Shown: positions 1 to 13,804 of the stretch, piece after piece | Layout: each line of letters begins with the position of its first letter | How positions within the stretch are numbered: the stretch's first letter is position 1 | NCBI GenBank assembly: GCA_030324005.1 | Contig: JARDVH010000193.1 | Location: 35,137,001-35,201,000 of the forward strand | From: Negaprion brevirostris | Lineage: Eukaryota | Direction of reading: 5' to 3' | Length of the DNA stretch: 64,000 bases | The notes under the pieces: generated by a model | Told to the model about the DNA's origin: nothing | Databases searched by the model: none | The model's input: only the letters and a program-made list of their open reading frames with translations | Made by a program: the position numbers and the translations under genes

Positions 1-273
1 TGTTCAAATATATGGCATCAATTTGGCTTGGCTTTTGCTGTATCATGAAAAGAAAACTGACTCTGAACAGTGTTTTCTAGTTGTCATTTGGTCAAAGACT
101 AAACATGCCATATAACTTTGGCAAAGTGTTTATTACCTGTGTATTTTAAAAAAAAATTTTTTTAGGAGTCCTTTTTTTCTTTAGGTTGAAATTTTATCAA
201 TTATTTCACTTTGTATTTTCTTGGTCTTCTATTTTAAGTCATGGACTAAATTTTTAACTTGAGCAAAAAATGA

Positions 274-519
<246 letters not shown>

Positions 520-1155
520 TGAGTGAAGGGCTTGTCTAATGCCACAGAAATATGGGTTGTGAATTTAAGAGAGTGGAATGGGAGGCAGTTAGTGCACACC
601 AGTTTTATCACTGGAGTGAGGCCTGGACAATAACTGCAGGCTTCCTGCACACCTTTCTCATGTAGTTGTTTGGCAGGCTTGTGGCACATGTTTAAAGAAA
701 AAAAGTACCTGTTAAAGAGGGTTGCATTTTCTGAATTTGAACTTGGTTTCCATTTTTGATTCTGTTACTTCACATTGGAGGTGAATTGAATGAGTGGGGA
801 AGGGTGCTTCTAGGTTTGCAGATGTCTCCCTGGAAGTGGGAGACATGCATAAAGAAAGACCTAGAGACATGAACGTTTCCTGCAATGTGAGAAGATTTTG
901 CCAAACTGTTCGTTATGAAAACCTGGAAAGAGACATCAGACAAAGTGTTGTGGGAGCATCGCCCCAAGGATGTAGATGAGAAACAAGAGATTGAATTACC
1001 TCAAAAGATCCACAAAGGTGAGTCCAACTCCTGTTGCATTGCAATTGGTAGTAGCCCCTTCTCCTTTTTCTCTTCCACTCCTACATTCCATTACATCTTT
1101 CATCATCTATATTACAGGCATCTTATACCAACACTCAATAGATAGCCACATTTGT

Positions 1156-1493
1156 GGGTGACATGGTAGCATAGTTGTTAGTACTGCTGCTTCACAGCTC
1201 CAGGGACCTGGGTTCGTTTCTCGGCTTGGGTCACTGTCTATGTGGAGTTTGCACATTCTCCTCATGTCTGCATGGGTTTCTTCTGGGTGCTCTGGTTTCC
1301 TCCCACAGTCTAAAGATGTGCAGGTTAGATTGATTGGCCATGCTAAAATTGCGCTTAGTGTCCTGAGATGCGTAGGTTAGAGGGATTAGTGGGTAAACAT
1401 GTAGCGATATGGGGTAGGGCCTGGGTGGGATTGTGGTTGGTGCAGACTCGATGAGCTGAATGGCCTCTTTCTGTACTGTAGGGATTCTATGAT
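1156..1493 (+). mobile_element. HE1-type V-SINE, full length
   Basis: tRNA-like head (TGGTAGCATAGTTG...GGTTCG), V-domain (GGGTTTCTTCTGGGTGCTCTGGTTTCCTCCCACAG), CR1-type tail ending GATTCTATGAT; closely resembles shark HE1 as I recall it. Confidence 0.9.
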
Positions 1494-1734
1494 ATGCTGC
1501 TTTCTACTTCACTGCTTCCACTAACCACGTTCTTTTCTCACCTGGTGACACTTGCGAATTTGTACCTCCTATCTATGGCTGTTTTTCTCATTTTGCACTC
1601 ATACTTGCTTTGGAATTAATACTACTTCATTCGCCTTTTGTCTTCTCCCAAACAGTTTATCCACGGTATGTAGAAGGCTCATACACGTACACTTGCCTTT
1701 TCACTCGTTACTCAAGGCTCTCTTCCTTTTTCTG

Positions 1735-2730
1735 CAAAAGACATCAAAATAGATTATAAACTTATCTATAGTTATGTAAATAGGAAGAGATCAGTCAAAA
1801 TAAAAATGAGCCCATTAGAGGCAGAAATAGTTGAAGTTATAATGGGGAATGAGGAAATGGCAGAGACGTTAAACAAATTCTTTGTATAGTAAAAGACACA
1901 AAGTCTGGAAATAATGAGGGACCAAGGGCCTAGTGAGAATGGAGGAACTTAGTGGTCATTATAAAGAAATAGTACTGGATAAGCTGATGGTTCAAAGTGG
2001 AGACAAATCACCTGAATCTATATCAGATGGTTTTAAACAAAGTAGCTACAGAGCCAGTGAATGCATTAATTTTGATTTTCCAAAATTCCTTAGATTCTAG
2101 AACAATTCCCAGGACTTTGAAGGTTGTAAACGACCCTGTTATTTTAAAAATGAAAGGAAAGAACCTATTTAATCTTGGGATCTGTATGTGCTGGTAAGGT
2201 AATTATTTATTGCGCTCCTTAATTGTCTGATAAGGTGATGAGCCATACAAAATACTATAATTTATTATTAAAGGTGTGGTGACAAGCATTTAGAAAATCA
2301 TATGGTTAAGCAGAGCCAGAACAGAATTATGAAAGGGAAGTTGTGTTTGACAAAGTTTTTTTTCAGCACGTAATTAGTAGATATGGAGGACCAGTGGATG
2401 TAGTGTATTTGGATATTCAAAAAATATTTGATAAAATGTCAAACATCATATCTTGGTTTTATGGGAAGGGGTTTCAAGATACTATATTAGCGTGGATTCA
2501 GAATTGTCTAATGGACAGAAAGCAGTGTCGGAATAATAGCACATTTTTGGGTTGGCAGACTGTAACAATTAGTAACAACAGGATACTTTAAGGATCAGTA
2601 CTTAGGCCTCCACTAACAATCTATAAATGACTTGGATGAGGGTACCAAGTCTAATGTATCCAAAATTGCCAATGATACAAAGCTGTGTGGAAATGCAAGC
2701 AATGGGGAGGATTCAAAGAAGCTGCAGAGG
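1735..2730 (+). mobile_element. Decayed CR1-type LINE ORF2 (reverse transcriptase) fragment
   Basis: Translated pieces PVDVVYLDIQKIFDKM, ILAWIQNCLMDRKQ and SKIANDTKLCG correspond to CR1 RT motifs (YLDFQKAFDKV, FADDTKL). Confidence 0.85.
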
Positions 2731-3589
2731 GGGAGGATGAAACCAAGCAGCCCTCATTTGAAGTGGTACAGGATGTATAGCAGATCAGTGGTCAGGGCAG
2801 AGAAACTGCATTGTGCAGTTGGCTCTTAGCTTCTTGGAGTTGGCCAAATGCTTATCACTTATACCACATCATGCATCAGCCTTCAGCTGACTTCACAATC
2901 TTTATTAGAATGCTGAAGCTTTGTATGTCAAGGCTCTCAGTGCCATGCTAACTCTTGCCCCTTTTCTTTTCCAGCAGCAAAGATCTACTTGAGGCTCAAG
3001 AAGGTGACCCTTTGAAAATATCAGTCCTCCTGAGGAGGAAGTCAAGTGTTCAGACCTGCTGAGCACTAAAAAGGATTTGCACCACAGGTGGGGTAAATAA
3101 AGAGTTAGAAGGGCCTGAACTAGCTGAAAAACAAACTACATGAGAGCAAGAACAGATGCTGGTGGCAGAGACAGCACCGGAGACTACTCATCCTCTCCTA
3201 ACTCTACTGATAGATGTGACTTCCAGGACAAGCCGTGAAACGAAAAATGTTTGAGGGACACAAGTGGTTGTGTACCAAAATATGGAGGACTCTAAATTCT
3301 ACATGTATGGTATTCTGTTGCACTGCCTTTGAACTCTTGAATCTATGTTGAAGTGTATGACCACTTGCAGAGATAATGCAACTGCATCCACATAAGGGTC
3401 GATGCTAACCAGTCCTTAGAGCTTTGATGGATGCTATGAAGTTCCCATCCAGGCTCTGGGTCCTCTTTTTGCCAGCTCTTCTAGATGGTGGTTACTGCTT
3501 ATGGGTCGTTTCCTCCCTTGCTTGAAAAGACTTTCAGCAGATGGATAGATGGACAGGCATATGACATGGATAGGTGTTTTTCGAGGACC

Positions 3590-4035
3590 ATTCATGTACA
3601 AGTTGTTCTCGTACATAGAATTGATGAGAGCTGCAGTCCCATAGTAGTGATGGTGGTCGTGTTGCAGGACAGGAGTATTCTTGTTCAGCAGCCTCTTCCA
3701 GTTGTAAACTCTGCATCTATTGTACAGGATGTGGCATGCCACAATAGTTCCAGAGACTCTTAGGAGCATCCTGTAGAAAACGCTGGGACCTATCGAGGCA
3801 TCTGAACCTTGGTTTCAGGAACTAGATAGTGAGCTAAGCAAACCTCACTATTCACTAATGTTGTGATGTGTAAGGCTGGGACAGTTCTTGCCCACAAGTA
3901 GGCACCTTGCCATTTCTTGCAAGTTGGAAAAGCTAGAGAGTGTTTATTTGACTGTTAGAAGATGCATGAATCATGATGGCTACCTGGTAAGTAGACATAG
4001 ATGTGTATGATCTGTTTGTTTTGATCAGTCAAATT
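3590..4035 (-). mobile_element. PIF/Harbinger transposase pseudogene, C-terminal half
   Basis: Minus-strand frames give QIIHIYVYLPGSHHDSCIF, LKPRFRCLDRS, RVSGTIVACHILYN and VREQLVHEW, matching Harbinger motifs YPGSxHDS, LKxRFRCLD and IVACCxLHN. Confidence 0.85.
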
Positions 4036-5000
4036 TCAAATTGTTATGAAAACTGCTAAGATTAACAGTTGATTTTGAATTCATTGTCTAGAAACAGGAA
4101 TTGGATTCTAAAAAAATTGTTTTGAAGACAGCTGAAGTGATTTCAACCTGCATCATGATGGCTGACATCATCCTATGGCGAGGAGACGGCGTGTTTGTAA
4201 AACTCACAATAGTCAATGTCCTGCTCCCCCCATCGGGGACTGTGAAAGAACTTTCTTCCTGCCTTATTGACAAGATATTTATGGAAATCACCTGCAGTAT
4301 TCATCAGCTGAAGAAGAACCAATCAGGGGTTAATTGCTTGGACAATTGATTTTTATAAGATATCTCTCCAGACAAGTTAATTGTGTTATAATTGGAAAAT
4401 GTCTTTATGTTGAAATTACTTGCATAGAAGAGAGGTCATGTGACCAGGCAAATCGTAGTGTGGTTTCAAGCACTGGGTTTCTCAGCAGAGCAGAACCAGA
4501 GGTTGAGCTAAGTGGAGCTCCTGCCTCTCTCTCTTTTCAGCCAACTACTATGTTTGGATCCTGTCCACTAATTTGACTTTGTCTGCATTCTCACTAAAGA
4601 ATAAATGATACAGCTGCAGCTTCAGGAGAACAACCAAATCCAGCACCCACATCTTTAAATTGGAAGCATCAAGGCAATCAAATTCAGCTTGCAGCCAGTA
4701 GAGACTCCAAGCTCTGAACTGGGAACTTTTACTTCCTTACTCTATGACAAACCCATCGTCCCCTATTCTGTAGCATGTGTGCGTGCGTGTGTGTATGTGT
4801 ACTTCAAGTCTGTGTATCAAAGTTGTGGCATGTTTTATGTTGCCCAGATCAGGTTAAATAAAACTAACCTCCTTATTAAACTAAAGAGAACTTGTCTGGT
4901 TATTTTATAATGTGTAAACAGTTAAACACTAGCCTTATTTAAACAGAAAAACCTATTACAATCAGTGAGGGATGGGTGGTATGGTGCAGGATTGGAAGAG
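4036..5000. mobile_element. Unclassified (possibly LTR-like) insertion splitting the Harbinger transposase
   Basis: Lies between two collinear transposase segments. Contains CT- and TG-rich tracts and AATAAA; no protein motif recognised. Confidence 0.35.
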
Positions 5001-5306
5001 AGAAACAAAATCCCTACAATGCAGAAGGAAGCCATTCGGCCCATTGAGCCTGCACTGACAACAGTCCCACCGTTCCTATCCCTGTAACCCCTAATATTTA
5101 CTCTAAATGTCAATTCAGCACGGCCAACCCACCTAAACTGCACATCTTTGGACTGTGGGAGGAAAGCAGAGTACCCAGAGGAAACCCACGCAGACACGGG
5201 AGGAAGGTGCAAACTCCACACAAACAATCACCTGAGGCTGGAATTGAACCTGGGTCCCTGGTGCTGTGGAGGCGGCAATGTTAACTACTGTGCCACCATG
5301 CCACCC
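5001..5306 (-). mobile_element. HE1-type V-SINE
   Basis: Reverse complement of the 1156-1493 element (CTGTGGGAGGAAA...GAAACCCACGCAGACAC...CTGTGCCACCATGCCACCC). Confidence 0.9.
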
Positions 5307-5344
5307 ATTCGGCTATCCAGGATGCCATTCAATGTCTCCTCACC

Positions 5345-5880
5345 TGGTCCTAACTGTCAACTGAGTGAAATCCTTGTAGTTAATGAATGCTCCTACTTGG
5401 TTTTAAGGATACCTGATGGCAGCATATTGCAGTTGGCAACACCCTCCAACCTAGGGAATGCAACCATTGCTGCGAATTCTAAAACTGTCTCATTTTGATT
5501 ATTGTCACCAATTTGAAAACAAATATATTGGTAAATATTGCAATGGTCACCTTGAAGTGGATCACCAGCTGTATGTTGTGATTTTCCCACTAGTATATTG
5601 GAATCATCCTGAGCTAAAGAAATTTGAGTGAATGGTCACTTTTACAGCTTCTGGCATACTTATTGTAGCAGACAGTTGTCTTTCAGGAGGCTGTCAAAGT
5701 CAGCAAATGCCCTTTCTGGGGAAGCACAACGTCCCCATATACTGCCCATCTAGCATATCATACCTTCACTCCTTGACTCTGTAGATGGATAAGGTCTTGT
5801 TAGATGGATAAAGCCTTCCGGGCCCTGCCATCTGCTGTCTTCCCAGAGATGTATATGCTACCCTTCATGGATGTTAGTGA
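5345..5880 (-). mobile_element. PIF/Harbinger transposase pseudogene, N-terminal half
   Basis: MPEAVKVTIHSNFFSSG*FQ and EFAAMVAFPRLEGVANC correspond to Harbinger LPVAVKVTxALNFFASGSFQ and GFAAIAGFPxVxGxIDC. Confidence 0.8.
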
Positions 5881-6560
5881 CCCAGCTGCTGCTGCTACAC
5901 TTCTATCACCAGCTCCTTCCTTCAAGCAACAAAGTCATCCATAATAAAATGTCACTGCAAATAATGGATCAGTAAGTAAAGGGAAGTATCATTAAATAAG
6001 CAATATTCAAAGAAATTGTTCAAATTCCAAACCAGCTCTCCTGCAAACAAATGCCAGTGGTGTAGGTGTGCAGACTTCACTACCTGTTAGTTTGAGGAGC
6101 CAATCATGTTGGGATCTGAACTGCATCAGAAGGTCCCAATTTGCATGCCTCTAGCAAACTTCCTGACTAGGAAGTGCATTGTCAGATTGGCGCAGAGTAT
6201 GAAATAAGCTGCTATGGATTGGTCCACTGTTTGATTTTTATGTTGTGCAGGTCCTGTGCCTGCCCAGTTGTCTGAAATTCAAATGAATCAGCCCACTGAG
6301 TAAGAATAAATGCAATAACGAAAACTATCTATACGTTGGCAGAGTTTTGTGGGGTGGATTGCCATGTTCAGAGATCTGAAAAGGTCAGCGGGTTGCAATT
6401 TGGATGCCCTGGCCATGACTTTTNNNNNNNNNNNNNNNATTGTGCGGGTATTATTTGTAATATTTCTTTTGGTTCTACTTCTGTATTGTCGGCTGACTAA
6501 CAGAATGTCGATTTTCAATTCTTTGTTTTTGGAAATGAAATTGTGTTCTGCTACTTTTGA

Positions 6561-6746
<186 letters not shown>

Positions 6747-7579
6747 TGAAGGATAATTATGGGCCAGAGCATTGAGAAGAATCTCCCTGTTTTTCAAATT
6801 AGTTCTATGTAGCCTTTTATTTAACAGGACATACGTGGTTTAAATTTGGTTACCTACTCTGATACTGGTAATGAAGTCAAACTATTTGTGGCTTGTGACA
6901 CAGTGACCTGTGCATATAGGTCACTTCAGTTCTAGATTTTGTGGAAATTGCACTGTTTTGACAGTAAAAAATCCAAATGATATCTTATGGTTATTTCTCA
7001 TGATATGACTGAAAAGGATCTGAGAAAAATTGATGGGAAAGGCCATATCTTGGACATTCTAATTTGTATCTGTTCCCTATCTAGCTGATTTGTTTTAAAC
7101 AAACATATATTATTGTTCTGAGCAAAATAAAATTCTCAAAACTATTTTTAGAACTGCTCCTCTCAATTAAATTTATCTTCCGGTCTTATCTTTTTGGGTT
7201 TATCTGAGTTGTACCATTTGATACTTTGCTGTGTTACTATGTCTTTTTCTAGGCTGCAGACATTTCCTCAGAGCACAGTCCTTTACACAGGATTCCCCAA
7301 ACACGTCACCTCCCCTCTCAGCCCCACTGAGGGCCCACAGCAATTTCAAAGCTTCAATGAGGCTTCAATGGGAAAAAGTTTGGACACCACTGCTTTTACA
7401 TGCAGGATTAGTTTCTCTGCCTACTCTGAAAATTGCCTGCATGTATCTTTTTATGGCGTAGTGACCAGAAATGAATACATCATTCCAGATGCATTGAGAA
7501 TTCCATATTGCCCTGATTAACTGTCACTCTCGGATCTCTTTCCAAGTTTACCAATTTGGTCCCAATCCCACTTATTTTA

Positions 7580-7816
7580 TGATGACCATGAAGCCATTGT
7601 TTGTCGTGAAACCCATCTGGTTCACTAATATCCTTTTTTAGGGAAGGAAATCTGCTGTCCTTGCCTGGTCTGACCTAGATGTGACTCCAGATCCATAACA
7701 ATGTGGTTGACTCTTAAATGCCTTCTGAAGTGGCCTAGCAAGCTACTTAGTTCAAGAGATGGGCAATAAGTGCTAGCCTAGCCAGTTATGTCCACATTCC
7801 ATAAACTAATAAAAAA
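7580..7816 (+). mobile_element. 5'-truncated copy of a second tRNA-derived SINE family
   Basis: Aligns by eye to 21730-21965 (CCATCTGGTTCACT...AGGGAAGGAAA...GTGACTCCAGA...GTGGCCTAGCAAG). Confidence 0.8.
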
Positions 7817-8779
7817 TCTCTATAATTTTTTCACACCTTTTATCAACCGCTTATTTTTCTATTGCAATTGTGATGTTAGTGTACCTTGAAGAGATTTTTT
7901 AAGAACGTCATGCTGTCAGCCTTAGGTGATGTCATTGTTGGGAGGAAGAAAAAAACTGGACAGGTGACTTGGATGATTTTCAGTTTTGTTTTGGCTGCAG
8001 TGTTAGAGGCAGTCTTAGCAGCAAGCTTGAAAAGAAGTATTTTTCTCTGCGTCCCTTTGGAAATTTTACCAGCTGAAAGAAGGCTTTTGCCCTGTTGCAA
8101 TGAAAAAAATCTGTTTTGGAATTTTGGGGAGCTGATACTACTACAAACTGCTGAGTTTTCAAGATAATTTGAAATGGATTCCAGTATCATGTGAGCTTTA
8201 GACTGTGCAGTGATAAACCTGTTTGAAGGGTTTTGTTTATTGGATTTTGGTTTTGATTGGCACATCATTAGATATGTCCATTAAGGGTTATACATTGGTA
8301 TGGTGGTTTTGTTTTTCTTTGAAATTGATAAGTTGCTAATTGTCTTACTATACATGTTAACTGTATTCTTAAATAACCTTCGATTAAAAAGCTCTCTAGT
8401 TGGTCTTTTGAATCATNNNNNNNNNNACCAGAAGTGAAACATCTCATGCTTATCCTAGCCAAATTCAAGGTGCAAAACTTATGATTCAGGTGGGCTTCAT
8501 AAAATACTTTTGGAGTTTCTGAGCTGAACCGTACCAATATTCCTACTTTACAATTGTTACTTATTTTACAAACTTATGATTTGTTTGAAAAGCATTTCTA
8601 TTCCCTGCTTCCTGTTTTATTACAGATCAAGTCTTGTTCTATTTATTTAGTTTTAATCAGCATTTTATAACTTGCAATTTTGTTAAAAGCATTCTGATAA
8701 ATTTAGCATTATGGAGCATAAAAGCTTACTCCTGATGGATCTATACTTTCTTGGTTTATCCCTTCCTACATGTGGAGAA

Positions 8780-9020
8780 ATCTCAGAATTGTTATGCTGC
8801 AGAAGGAGGCCATTTGGCCAATCGTGTCTGCACTGGCTCTCCAAATGAGCATCATGACTCAGTATCATACTTCTGCCGTTTGCCCCATACCCTTGCACAT
8901 TGTTTCTATTCAAGTAATCATCTAATGCCCTGTTGAATGCCTCGGTTGAACCTAGTTTGACCACACTTGCAGTGAGTGCATTCCAGACCTGAACCACTCG
9001 TGTGAAAATGTTTCTCATTT
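8780..9020 (-). mobile_element. CR1-type LINE 3' end
   Basis: RNIFTRVVQVWNAL motif (CR1 FFTQRVVxxWNxLP); near-copy at 59330-59630. Confidence 0.8.
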
Positions 9021-9349
9021 CACAGATTGCACAAAAAAGAAAATATGCATAATTTAAATTACATTTCAGTTACCAAACTTAATTTTTGTAATATATGAAA
9101 AAATATCTAGAAACATAATTAGCATATATTTCAAAAGCGGTCACATTATGCTCATCTTACTGAAGCTTATTTTAAGTAATAAAGAATAGACGATGTGTCT
9201 ATGGATTTTCGAAAGATTTTGCAAAAGTACTGCAAAGTAAACCCATGACTCAGATGCCTCTTGGAGTGAGGGCTCTTTATGAACCAGAAATTGAACTGGA
9301 TCAGCTAATAAATATCAAAGGTGGGTGATTCTGCCGTAGCTAATTCATG

Positions 9350-9875
9350 TTTTGGCTTCCCAAAATCTGTCTTCTGACTTAAAAGTCAGAAGGAGGCTGG
9401 AATACACTCCATTTGCCTGAACGAGTGTGGCTCCAACAACTTTTGAAGCTCCACACCATCCAAGCCTAGGCACCTCATTACTACTGTAGACGTTCATTCC
9501 TTCCACCACCAGTACACATGGTAGTAGTCTGTACCATTTTACTAGATAGACTACAGTAATTTGCCAAGCCTCATTTGACAGCAACTTCAAAACCCTCTAC
9601 TGCTTCGAAGCAGAATGGCAGCAGACACATGAGCGCCACCAGCTGTAAGTTCCCTTCCAAGCCTCATGCCACTCTGGAATTATACTGCTGTTTCTTTGAA
9701 ATGGTTGAGTCAAAACCTGAAATTTGCTTCATAACAGCACTAAGTGTATGCCAGATGGACTTGCAAGGTTCAAGTAGGCAGCTGACCACCACCTTCCCAA
9801 GGGCATTTTGGGCAAGGCAACAAATACTTGCCTTGCCATTGATTCAAACATCCATGAAAGAATTTTTAAAAACTA
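9350..9875 (+). mobile_element. CR1/L2-group LINE 3' fragment
   Basis: Similar to 22950-23420, and in reverse to 36150-36600. Its tail (AAGGGCA...GGCAACAAATACT...CATCCATGA) is shared with the 21595 SINE. Confidence 0.7.
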
Positions 9876-10030
9876 TGTAGGAATTTGTAAAGCTATTGTT
9901 ACCTGAACTTTTTTTCTTGTTTCCTTGTTGGTGTTATTTCCAATTTTCTGAAGAATGTAAGGATGAACATTATTTTGACAAGATGACAATTTCCCCTTTT
10001 ACAGCTAACAAGCTTTTTACTTTTTTGTAG

Positions 10031-10189
<159 letters not shown>

Positions 10190-11249
10190 TAAGCTCTTCT
10201 TTGCTCACCATCTCTTCTCCCTGCTAGCTTGCTGTTTTTTTCCCTCACTTTTTCGCTTTTTTCTACTTTCTGTTTCTTGCTCATTTTCTTCCTCCATTCC
10301 TCGAAGATGGATTGGCCTGAACTTGTAGAATTCTGATCCTTCCAGCAACAAACAAAAGTGAACATTTTGTCCTTTCCATATCGTGTTGTGTATTCTGTAA
10401 TAACACTTATCAGAAAAATTGCCACTGTTGATTTTGCCTCCTGTATCCTGAAGAATATTGAAACATGAATGATGACAGTCAGTCCCTCTGTTCTGCCGTT
10501 CAATCATTCGATACAATAGACCATGTTTAGTCTGTCCCTCTAGTCTATTTTCTTGCTGTTGGTCCTTCCCTAACCTGTTGATCTTGAGCTTGAAAGCTTC
10601 AATTGACTGTGCAGCCACATTCTACTTGGTAAGAACATTCAATATTTCTGTTACCCTTGGTAAGAAAAATGTTTTCTGACTGACCTATCTCTAATTTTAA
10701 GATTTGTGCCCCCCTTTTTTAAAATTTCCTCAACTGAGGAAACGGTTTCTCCAAATTGAAACCTTTTTTACATTTCAAACACCTCAATTATATCACCCCT
10801 TCTATCTTAAGAAAATACAGTCCAGGTTTATGCAACATTTTCTCAGATTGGAACTTGTGCAGGATATTTTGGATGGTGGATGGGACAATCAGGGAAGAAG
10901 GCATTCCTGACAATTACAGCAGCCTTGCAACCAGTTAACACACCAAGGATGATCCTCAAACAGAGGGAATTCCTGCCTCTGAGTGCTAAACTGATTGGTC
11001 GGCAACTCTGTAATCCCTGTGGTTAATATGGGGAAGACGAGCAATCCTCGGATTCTAAATCTGAGTCCAGGATTAGCTAAGAGTGGGTGGTTTCACGGGA
11101 GAGGAGGTGAGGCTTGGGGAAAGATTGGTTGTGGCCTTAATTGGGGAGGGGGAGGGGGCACTTCCAGGAGTGGAAGTGGAAATGAGACCCTTTGTGGTTA
11201 ATCTTTTGTCATTAACATAGTTTTGCAGTTTTTATTTTTGGAATCTGTA

Positions 11250-12200
11250 AGTGGATAACCCCATGCTTGGCCACATTGTACTTCATCTGCCACAGTTTTG
11301 TCAACTCACTTAATTTTGTTCATGTCCTGTTGTAACTTCCTGCATCTATTTACATAACTTATTATGTCTCCTAACTAAGTTGTATACAATACTGAATATA
11401 TAACTCCATCTCTGCATCCAAGTTATTAACGTAATGAATTGCTGAGTGCCTGGTGCAGATCCGTAAGGAACACCTCTTTCCACATGCCATCAGTCAATTA
11501 ACCATTTATCCTAACTCTATGCCTCTGTCATCCAACCAATTACTAACCCATGCCTCAAAATCACACTAATTCTGTGCATTCTTCTTTTTGTTCTTATCTG
11601 TAGTTTTTCTGCAGAATTTTAAATTCCTTAAGTAAACTCATGTTGACACTCGTGAAATTGAAAAAAAATATCAACTAGGTTACTCAGACATGATCTACCC
11701 ATCAAAATCCATATTGACTTTCTTTGGTTAGCTTATATTTTGTAAAATGTTCCCTGCTGATTGAATGCAATAACTTGTCCATGCTGCTATTAAACCAACC
11801 AATCTGTAGTTTCGTGGTTTCTATTATTTCCTGGACTGACAATTGCAATTTTCAATCCAAAGGCACACTTTCTAAATCTAGACAGCTTGGATAATTATGC
11901 TTATGGCATCCATAATTTCCCTATCTTTTTGTTTAAATACCCTCAAGTGACATCCATCAAATCCTGGAGATATCTACCTCATGTTCTATTATTTTCTCCC
12001 TTTACCATTTCTTGCACTTGACTTAAATCCAAACTCCTCCTTTAAATATTCTTAGACTCACCTGTATCACTGGTATTTTGTTGTCTTTCTGTACTGTGAA
12101 AACAAATATAAAATCGTCATTTAACAAGTCTACCTTTTTCATGTTGCCATTTATAATATCACTTGGGTTCACATTCTCTTTTTGAAAATACTCCCTTGTG
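11250..12200 (-). mobile_element. Old CR1-type LINE ORF2 fragment
   Basis: Highly decayed antisense CR1-like text (e.g. CCATTTATCCTAACTCT, AATCCATATTGACT). Confidence 0.5.
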
Positions 12201-12888
12201 CCAGATTGTTGATTAATGCTGCTTCTTTCTCATTGCTATAGTAGTTTTATCTTTTGTTGATCCTAAAGCATATTGTTCCAGAAAACTGTCCCAAATAGAT
12301 TCTAGGAAATTGTAACCTTGTTTTTTTTTTCTCTCCTCTTCCAACATCATCTAAACAAAATATTACCTCAAGGCAAAGCATCATTGAGCAGTTACTTGTT
12401 ATTTCTTATTCTCAAACCTGCTTCCTTGCCCTTCCTATAGTAATACTCATAGCACTCTGTGATTTGATGACTAATCACCAAGGATCTGCCTTCGGGCAGA
12501 GAATTCGAGAATATATCCATAAAATAAACTTGTTTATCAACTATTGGCTGTGTACGTTCATGGATCTTATTGAGAAGGTATCTTTCTTGGTGCAACTATA
12601 TCTGAAGTGGGTTACTGTTAGCCAGAGGCGGCATTTGAGTTCTGTAATTGCTGTTAGAAATGTGTTTTGTTTCAAGTCAGAGATTACCATTAGGTGCATT
12701 CTGAAGAATGGAAAAACTAATACCCCTTAATCTACCCAGTCATGTGCTGTTCTCTACATCTTGCTTGGAGGCATCATTGTGTTTATAGTTACTTGAAGAC
12801 AGAAACGTATTTTAAAAAAAAGTTCATCTTTATGTTCTTCACAAAATCCAAGTACCTATTTTAATCCATAATGTTCCTTTGCTTGTAG

Positions 12889-13125
<237 letters not shown>

Positions 13126-13804
13126 TAGAGCTAAAACTACTGAGTGATCCTGAAGATTTAGATCATGTGAAAAGTGTATCCAAAATTAGGCAAGTTTATT
13201 TTGCAACAGCAGACTTAAATACATTTTTCTATTTCATGTTGAGATTTACTGACACACGGAAGTGACCATCAGGTACTATCCTCACTAGGATGTTGTCACA
13301 CTTCTGAAAGTTAATGAAGTAAAAGCCATGAAATTATTTCCATGTTTTGAATAGGTTCATGTAGTGTTTTTGAGCAGTGTCATGTATTGTATTACCTGTG
13401 ACATTAGTTGTGCTCTCCAAGCAGTAAATGTAATTACTACGCAGAGCAAAGCATCTTTGTAGCTTTTGTGTTTTCATTAGACATGTGGAGGCATTGTGTG
13501 AATTTTGATAATTATTTAGCTGCAAAAATTCATATTTTTTGATTCAGTATTATGCATGATGCACAGTAATTTGTTGAGTAATGGTTTTGGTATTTCAAGC
13601 TACAGTATAATTGAGGATTTTATTCTCACGTGTTCAGTGATTTAGCTGTGAGAGTTTACATGAATTGTGTCTCCACACTTCAATACTAATTAACTCATCT
13701 GGAACAATACAAAATGTACTCCATTTGAGGCCATCAGGTTGCAGGAACACAAGTACAACACAGGAACTGGCACTTCATCCTTCCAAGCCCATGTCGATGA
13801 GTGT

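Noticed and set aside
1156-1230. tRNA gene (A and B boxes), likewise at other SINE heads
   Set aside because: Each continues into a SINE body and tail, and I see no intact cloverleaf or Pol III terminator.
3434-5880. Possible nested antisense host gene (HARBI1-like domestication)
   Set aside because: Multiple stops, frameshifts and inserted elements show it is a dead transposon.
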